From a virus (taxonomy: Duplodnaviria; Caudoviricetes): a DNA stretch of 64,000 nt. The position numbers and the translations under genes are program-made. The notes below the pieces were generated by a model. It made no database searches, was not told where the DNA came from, and saw only the letters and a list, made by a program, of their open reading frames with translations. The stretch is from positions 32,001 through 96,000 of the IMG/VR virus record IMGVR_UViG_3300035686_000003. The stretch is one strand, 5' to 3'. This document shows positions 59,647 to 64,000 of the stretch, piece by piece. Every line of letters starts with the position of its first letter. The stretch's first letter is position 1.

Positions 59647-59681
59647 GATCTTAAGCGGAACGCCTCGTGTAGATTCATTGA

Positions 59682-60440
59682 TTACATTTTGCGAGCAGAG
59701 ATATCGACCGTTGGTGCTTCACGTCTTGGTTCGCCACCACCTCTCGAAGATTGTCCTCCCTTGGCTTGCTGGTGCCCCTCATGGATAGCTTCTGCAATAT
59801 CGCAAGCAGCACTGAGCAAAGAGATCGTAACTTCGGGTAACACTAGTGTCACAATGAGCATCAGCATTCCTTGAAAGCTGAGAGACAGAACAGTTGCCCA
59901 AAACACTAGCTGAATAGCAGTCTCAACCAGGTAGGAAAGATACCTGCCTCTCTCTAACGTTCGATGAGAGAAAGTATGCCAGTTCATCAGACGCTCTGAG
60001 ACTCCTTCTGGCAAATCTTTAGCTTTGGGGTCAATGTTTTTGTTAACGTAAGCTTTGGCAATTTTCTTTTTTACTCTCCAAAGACTAGGGAATAATTGAT
60101 ACACGTTGAAACCAATGCCAGCTAATATTCCTAGTGTTCCAGCACCAATCCCAACAAGGACACCCCCAAGACCCAGAGCTTTTGCAGCCCAAACTCCAAT
60201 CGCACTCCACTGGTAACCAGCAGCAATCATCACTCCCGCAAAAATAGCAGCTGCAACAAACACAACAGCATCAGCAGTTGCAAGTACCTCAAGTAAAGTC
60301 TTAATTGCAAAAGTTGTCAGATTAAAGGTGTTATGGATGAACTCGCTAATCAGGTGGACTATCGATTTGCCAAAACTGAAGATCTTCTGCATGATTGCAG
60401 TAATTTTTTCATTCAGAGACTTGTCGTTTCCTTTGGACAT
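59682..60440 (-). CDS. Multi-pass membrane protein
   Basis: About four hydrophobic segments. Confidence 0.7.
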   Translation of the reverse strand: MSKGNDKSLNEKITAIMQKIFSFGKSIVHLISEFIHNTFNLTTFAIKTLLEVLATADAVVFVAAAIFAGVMIAAGYQWSAIGVWAAKALGLGGVLVGIGAGTLGILAGIGFNVYQLFPSLWRVKKKIAKAYVNKNIDPKAKDLPEGVSERLMNWHTFSHRTLERGRYLSYLVETAIQLVFWATVLSLSFQGMLMLIVTLVLPEVTISLLSAACDIAEAIHEGHQQAKGGQSSRGGGEPRREAPTVDISARKM

Positions 60441-60444
60441 GGCT

Positions 60445-60822
60445 TTACTTTCCTGCTTTGATTAAAGAGATTTGAGCATCAAGTTCTTTTTGGGTAAAAA
60501 GGTGTTGCACTTGTAACTGACTGTTATGATATGCAGCGTGACCAATTTTCCCGCTGGGATCTTTGAAACAAGAAGTTGGACTTCTGCCATCAGCGTGCAG
60601 TTGTATAACGTCACCAATTAACATCGGTCTAACAACTTTTTGACAGTTATTGACGAGCGAATGTCTAGCCACAGTATCTAAAGCTTTACTTCTGGAAACT
60701 TGCGCTCTACTAGATGTAAGGTTTTGTGCGAGCTGTGCCGACATTGATAGAACAGCACAGCCTGCGAGAATGGCAAAACTAATATGTTTGGCGTACAGAG
60801 GAGCAATCTTCATCAGCCCCAC
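60445..60822 (-). CDS. Small single-pass or exported protein
   Basis: N-terminal hydrophobic helix, two Cys in the soluble part. Confidence 0.6.
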   Translation of the reverse strand: MGLMKIAPLYAKHISFAILAGCAVLSMSAQLAQNLTSSRAQVSRSKALDTVARHSLVNNCQKVVRPMLIGDVIQLHADGRSPTSCFKDPSGKIGHAAYHNSQLQVQHLFTQKELDAQISLIKAGK

Positions 60823-61511
60823 ACCTCGTCTAAAAAAGAGTCAGTATCAAACTCAACCTTTGAATCCACCGAAGCCTGTCGCTCAACAGTTACTTGCTGT
60901 CTTCTTGTAGTCCGTTGATTCTCCCGTTCCTTCATCTCCTCAAGGAACTCGTCAACATTGACCTCTTCAACCTTGGTCACCTTCTTGTCAACGATCTTCT
61001 GGATATTAGTCGATGACAGTAAGTTGTCCAACACTTCTTCTTGCTCAGCCATTGCGTCAAGGATTCTGTTTGAGTAATCCTTTTGCCGCTGTTGCCAAGC
61101 AGCAACGAAAGTTTTCTCTTGTACTTCCGCTAGCAAATTTGCCCGTTGTTGTTCCCGGTTTGCAATGCTTGTTGCGATCGCGAATAACACTCTGTCAGAG
61201 AATCCAATGTTCTGAGCGGTCAACACCGACTTGGCACTTTTTACTAGCTCAGTTGTGTCTTGCAAGACTAATGCTTCCGTTTGTTCACTACAGTCGCTAG
61301 GGGTCTGTGTTGGTGTAACTGGTGCGGTGCCAGCAAGTTCCTTAGTTTGCTTGACTGCGAATCCCAATGCTTCAAGGGATTCAAATGCTGAAACAACGTC
61401 TTCTTCAGATATGTTATCGCTGTTTTCTGTGTACCCCATAGCTTTTAGAGCAGCTGTCGCATTTTCTTGGGGGTAGCAATCTAAATCTTTTAATGCTTCT
61501 GTAAAGTTCAT
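60813..61511 (-). CDS. Acidic coiled-coil protein
   Basis: 232-aa ORF heading the membrane/ATPase run. Confidence 0.65.
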   Translation of the reverse strand: MNFTEALKDLDCYPQENATAALKAMGYTENSDNISEEDVVSAFESLEALGFAVKQTKELAGTAPVTPTQTPSDCSEQTEALVLQDTTELVKSAKSVLTAQNIGFSDRVLFAIATSIANREQQRANLLAEVQEKTFVAAWQQRQKDYSNRILDAMAEQEEVLDNLLSSTNIQKIVDKKVTKVEEVNVDEFLEEMKERENQRTTRRQQVTVERQASVDSKVEFDTDSFLDEVWG

Positions 61512-61682
61512 GGTCTTCGTTACTTGCGCTTAGTTTTCTGTGTCTTACAACACTATAACACGACGATTAGCAATTGTCGGCTTTTCGACAACAAATATTC
61601 ATTACTATTGCGCTATGAAACGAAGAATATGGATTAGAAATTTTGATGGTAGAAAATACTTAGAGCCAGAGCTACTCCAAGC

Positions 61683-62066
61683 CTATGAGAATAGCCATGA
61701 CTCTACTACTTCTCTTTTCAATGCGAGAATCTTCTTTTTCCCTGACTCATCGGTTCCTCCAATCCAATCGCGAATATCTGCGTACTCACAAATGCTATGT
61801 ACTTCTTGGCACCAGGCAATCATCATAAGGAAAAATTTCTGGTAGAAGTCCAGCTTCTTCCGATTCTTCCTGTTTCCCCAATAAAGGATACGCACCAAAG
61901 AAATCGAACTATCAACAATCTCTCGTTCCCAGTTGTAGATCGTCCGTTCGGTGACGGACAGAACTTTAGCCCATTCTTCACGAGAGGAAAGGGTTTTTAG
62001 ATCGTCCTTGCTTGCCCCAAACATATTCAGCAAGGTACTTAGGTAATATGCCTCTTGAGTCTCCAT
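61683..62066 (-). CDS. Helix-turn-helix DNA-binding protein
   Basis: SREEWAKVLSVTERTIYNWE; ATG 62066 preferred because the longer track ORF runs through the repeat array. Confidence 0.65.
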   Translation of the reverse strand: METQEAYYLSTLLNMFGASKDDLKTLSSREEWAKVLSVTERTIYNWEREIVDSSISLVRILYWGNRKNRKKLDFYQKFFLMMIAWCQEVHSICEYADIRDWIGGTDESGKKKILALKREVVESWLFS

Positions 62067-62159
62067 GTTTTCTACTAATATTAATTCCTTGTAAAGTTTA
62101 ACACTAATTTGTATTTTCAGCCAATTGTTATCACAAAGGTTTGTAGATTTGTTTGTCCG

Positions 62160-62392
62160 AATCCGGAAACGACCCAGAAACGAGTCAGAACCCACCCAGA
62201 AAGGACTCGGAAAGTGCCTAATGATAGTGGTTCGCAATAGTGGACTAAAATTTTGCGAATGAAACTATAGAAAACGAGTGATTTACTTGAGCTGCATCTG
62301 TGAAACCCTTATGGCAGTAAGGTGTTTTATTTGAGGGGTATGTGAATCCCAGATTCTTTGTCGCAATAGTAAATCCAGAAAGGACTCGGAAA
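62160..62392 (+). repeat. Five 11-bp-period 8-mer repeats plus an 18-bp direct repeat
   Basis: AATCCGGA/GACCCAGA/GAGTCAGA/CACCCAGA/GACTCGGA at 62160, 62171, 62182, 62193, 62204; CCAGAAAGGACTCGGAAA at 62196 and 62375. Confidence 0.7.
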
Positions 62393-62580
62393 ATCGGTCT
62401 TATATTGACGTATTGTGGGTCAGAAATCGGAACTTCCGGATTTGCTCACACCGTTTCCGGATTTTGCTGGTAGTATTTATTCCTATGAGTTTGAAAGTTG
62501 GAAGCAGTTCCTTACTTCTTCATTGTTCTTGACTCTGTTATCACAGAAGATGTTCCCGACAATGAGGTAAGCTCGACAAC

Positions 62581-62610
62581 TTGACAACTCGACCGTCCAT
62601 CTACTAAGCT
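62581..62610 (+). promoter_or_regulatory. Putative promoter of the rightward small-gene operon
   Basis: TTGACA-N18-TAAGCT. Confidence 0.45.
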
Positions 62611-62636
62611 GGTGAAATAAACCGTTTCTGGACAAA

Positions 62637-62807
62637 ATGAACACTAAAAGACCGAAATTGACTTGCTTCACAACCCATGAACTTAGAACGTGCCTGAAGA
62701 AACACGTTATAGATGAAGGAACAACCTTGGACAAATTCATCCACGGTTTATTGGAGAATTACTTAAAGGAAAGAGGTCTACTTACAGAGAAAGAGGAGGC
62801 AGCTTAA
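62637..62807 (+). CDS. 56-aa ribbon-helix-helix (ParG/CopG-like) protein, absent from the ORF track
   Basis: MNTKRPKLTCFTTHELRTCLKKHVIDEGTTLDKFIHGLLENYLKERG. Confidence 0.65.
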   Translation: MNTKRPKLTCFTTHELRTCLKKHVIDEGTTLDKFIHGLLENYLKERGLLTEKEEAA

Positions 62808-62808
62808 T

Positions 62809-63018
62809 ATGTTCTGGAATCCCAACGGATGCAACAATCGCACATCACATAACAATGGTGAGCCAGTGTGGAACGAACCGACACTACGAAGATTTTGGCG
62901 ATACTGCGAGATTAAAGGCTTAGACTCAAAGGATGCTAGGTCGGTACAGAAGTTTGTTGAAGAAGAACTGTATCCTCCTATAGGCACGATTAACTCTCAG
63001 GGGGTGCCAAACTTCTGA
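62809..63018 (+). CDS. Hypothetical protein
   Basis: GGAGG RBS; coupled to its neighbours. Confidence 0.55.
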   Translation: MFWNPNGCNNRTSHNNGEPVWNEPTLRRFWRYCEIKGLDSKDARSVQKFVEEELYPPIGTINSQGVPNF

Positions 63019-63290
63019 TGGCTACAGAAGAATTAACCATTGAACACGTAAGGCGATTTGCGCCATACCAATTGTTCCAGTGTGTATCTCCCGATGGGAG
63101 TGAGTATCTGTTGGAGTTGCAGGAGATGGACGTTGATGCTGCCATTGAAGCAGATGTGTTTCATATCAAAAACCTTAACAGCTCTGATCCTGTTGCAGTA
63201 ATGGACTTTGCTAACCTAAAGCTGACATTGCAGACCATCAAAACTTATGTACCCTGTTGGACAAACACCTGGGATAGATTAGTGCATTAA
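63018..63290 (+). CDS. Hypothetical protein
   Basis: 90 aa, TGATG overlap. Confidence 0.6.
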   Translation: MATEELTIEHVRRFAPYQLFQCVSPDGSEYLLELQEMDVDAAIEADVFHIKNLNSSDPVAVMDFANLKLTLQTIKTYVPCWTNTWDRLVH

Positions 63291-63298
63291 AGGAAACC

Positions 63299-63445
63299 AT
63301 GAAGATAATCACTGCTGGGCTTTTCATCGTTACGATTCTTGCTACAGCTCAGTTGCTCACTGACTTCACGCCTATTTATGCAGACGCCCAACCGGAACCC
63401 ACAGAATCTTCGCCCCCACGAGGAGGTGGACGAAGAGATATTTAA
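63299..63445 (+). CDS. 48-aa PatX/PatS-like secreted peptide, absent from the ORF track
   Basis: MKIITAGLFIVTILATAQLLTDFTPIYADAQPEPTESSPPRGGGRRDI; AGGA RBS; terminator follows. Confidence 0.7.
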   Translation: MKIITAGLFIVTILATAQLLTDFTPIYADAQPEPTESSPPRGGGRRDI

Positions 63446-63471
63446 CTTCAAAGGTTAGCGAACCTACCTTC

Positions 63472-63499
63472 AGCCCTGTGGGAAACTACGGGGCTTTTT
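63472..63499 (+). terminator. Intrinsic terminator after the peptide gene
   Basis: AGCCCTGTGG GAAA CTACGGGGCT TTTT. Confidence 0.7.
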
Positions 63500-63550
63500 G
63501 CTGTGTAAACGCCCACAATAGTAGCAGTAGATACAGAGGAGATTACTGTT

Positions 63551-64000
63551 GTGGCTTTTGGGAAACAAGAGTTTGAGCTAAAAGATTTTGTACAAGAGCA
63601 AACTCAGCGGCTAGCAGAAGAGACACCCAATGAAGAGAGTTGTGGATTTATTCTTCGGGATGACAATGTTATTCGGTGCAAGAATGTATTCTACAATCCA
63701 ATGCTCGATGATAAGGACGAGCAGGCACTTGCCGAACTCATGGATGAGTTAATTATTCGTGACGTGTCGCTCGAACAACCTTTGGACAAGGTTCGTGAGG
63801 CAATCTCGGTTAGGACAGGTATCGCAATATCAGCTCGCGATCGCTTAGCAGCAGATAGCAAAGGTATTGCTGCTGTGTGGCATTCCCACTGTCTCGATTC
63901 CTCACCAGGGATGCTGACCTACGAGGATAATCCAGCGCTAGGGATTCATTCGGACATCACACAATCGAAGCTGCAACGGTTACCTTATGTGATGTACCAT
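63551..64000 (+). CDS. JAB/MPN domain protein (lambda gpK-like), truncated by the window end
   Basis: GAGGAG RBS, GTG start; PNEESCGFI...VWHSH...SDI...PY; 150 open codons. Confidence 0.75.
   Translation, partial: MAFGKQEFELKDFVQEQTQRLAEETPNEESCGFILRDDNVIRCKNVFYNPMLDDKDEQALAELMDELIIRDVSLEQPLDKVREAISVRTGIAISARDRLAADSKGIAAVWHSHCLDSSPGMLTYEDNPALGIHSDITQSKLQRLPYVMYH

Noticed and set aside
62162-62461. TCCGGA hexamers as HetR-dependent DIF1 promoters for the PatX-like gene
   Set aside because: They lie more than 800 bp upstream, belong to the repeat array, and I found no appropriately spaced -10 element; better explained as repeat units.

Overview
This 64 kb window is part of a large, long-tailed (siphovirus-type) phage of a filamentous cyanobacterium, probably temperate or plasmid-like. 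Host signs are about 30 HIP1 octamers (GCGATCGC, manual count; fewer than 1 expected by chance) and cyanobacterial heptamer tandem repeats. Layout: (1) 1-3.9 kb, leftward early genes under strong sigma70 promoters; (2) 4-10 kb, regulators, an HNH gene and a first iteron-containing initiator-like gene; (3) 9.8-16.8 kb, leftward head module (adaptor, DUF1073 portal fused to an InPase-like domain, DUF2213 protease, scaffold, cement, DUF2184 capsid); (4) 16.9-39.8 kb, rightward tail module (tube, -1 frameshifted chaperone, a 4745-aa enzyme-loaded tape measure, a Hint-containing J-like tip protein with an orphan second Hint copy); (5) 40-57.8 kb, leftward replication and nucleotide genes (dnaE with an N-terminal fusion, PduO-type adenosyltransferase, nrdJ with a mini-intein, thyX, MazG, dnaB, second initiator, UvrD, exonuclease); (6) 57.8-62.2 kb, a membrane FtsK/HerA-like ATPase operon with a phased repeat array; (7) 62.6-64 kb, a small rightward operon followed by a JAB (gpK-like) gene. 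The best candidate for an undescribed system is a 48-aa secreted PatX/PatS-like peptide (PPRGGGRR) missed by the ORF track. It lies next to a Streptomyces Tra/Spd-like DNA-translocase module, which suggests a phage that signals to, and perhaps spreads between, cells of a filament. No terminase, integrase, tRNA or CRISPR array is visible. All family assignments come from motif recognition by eye; no searches were run.
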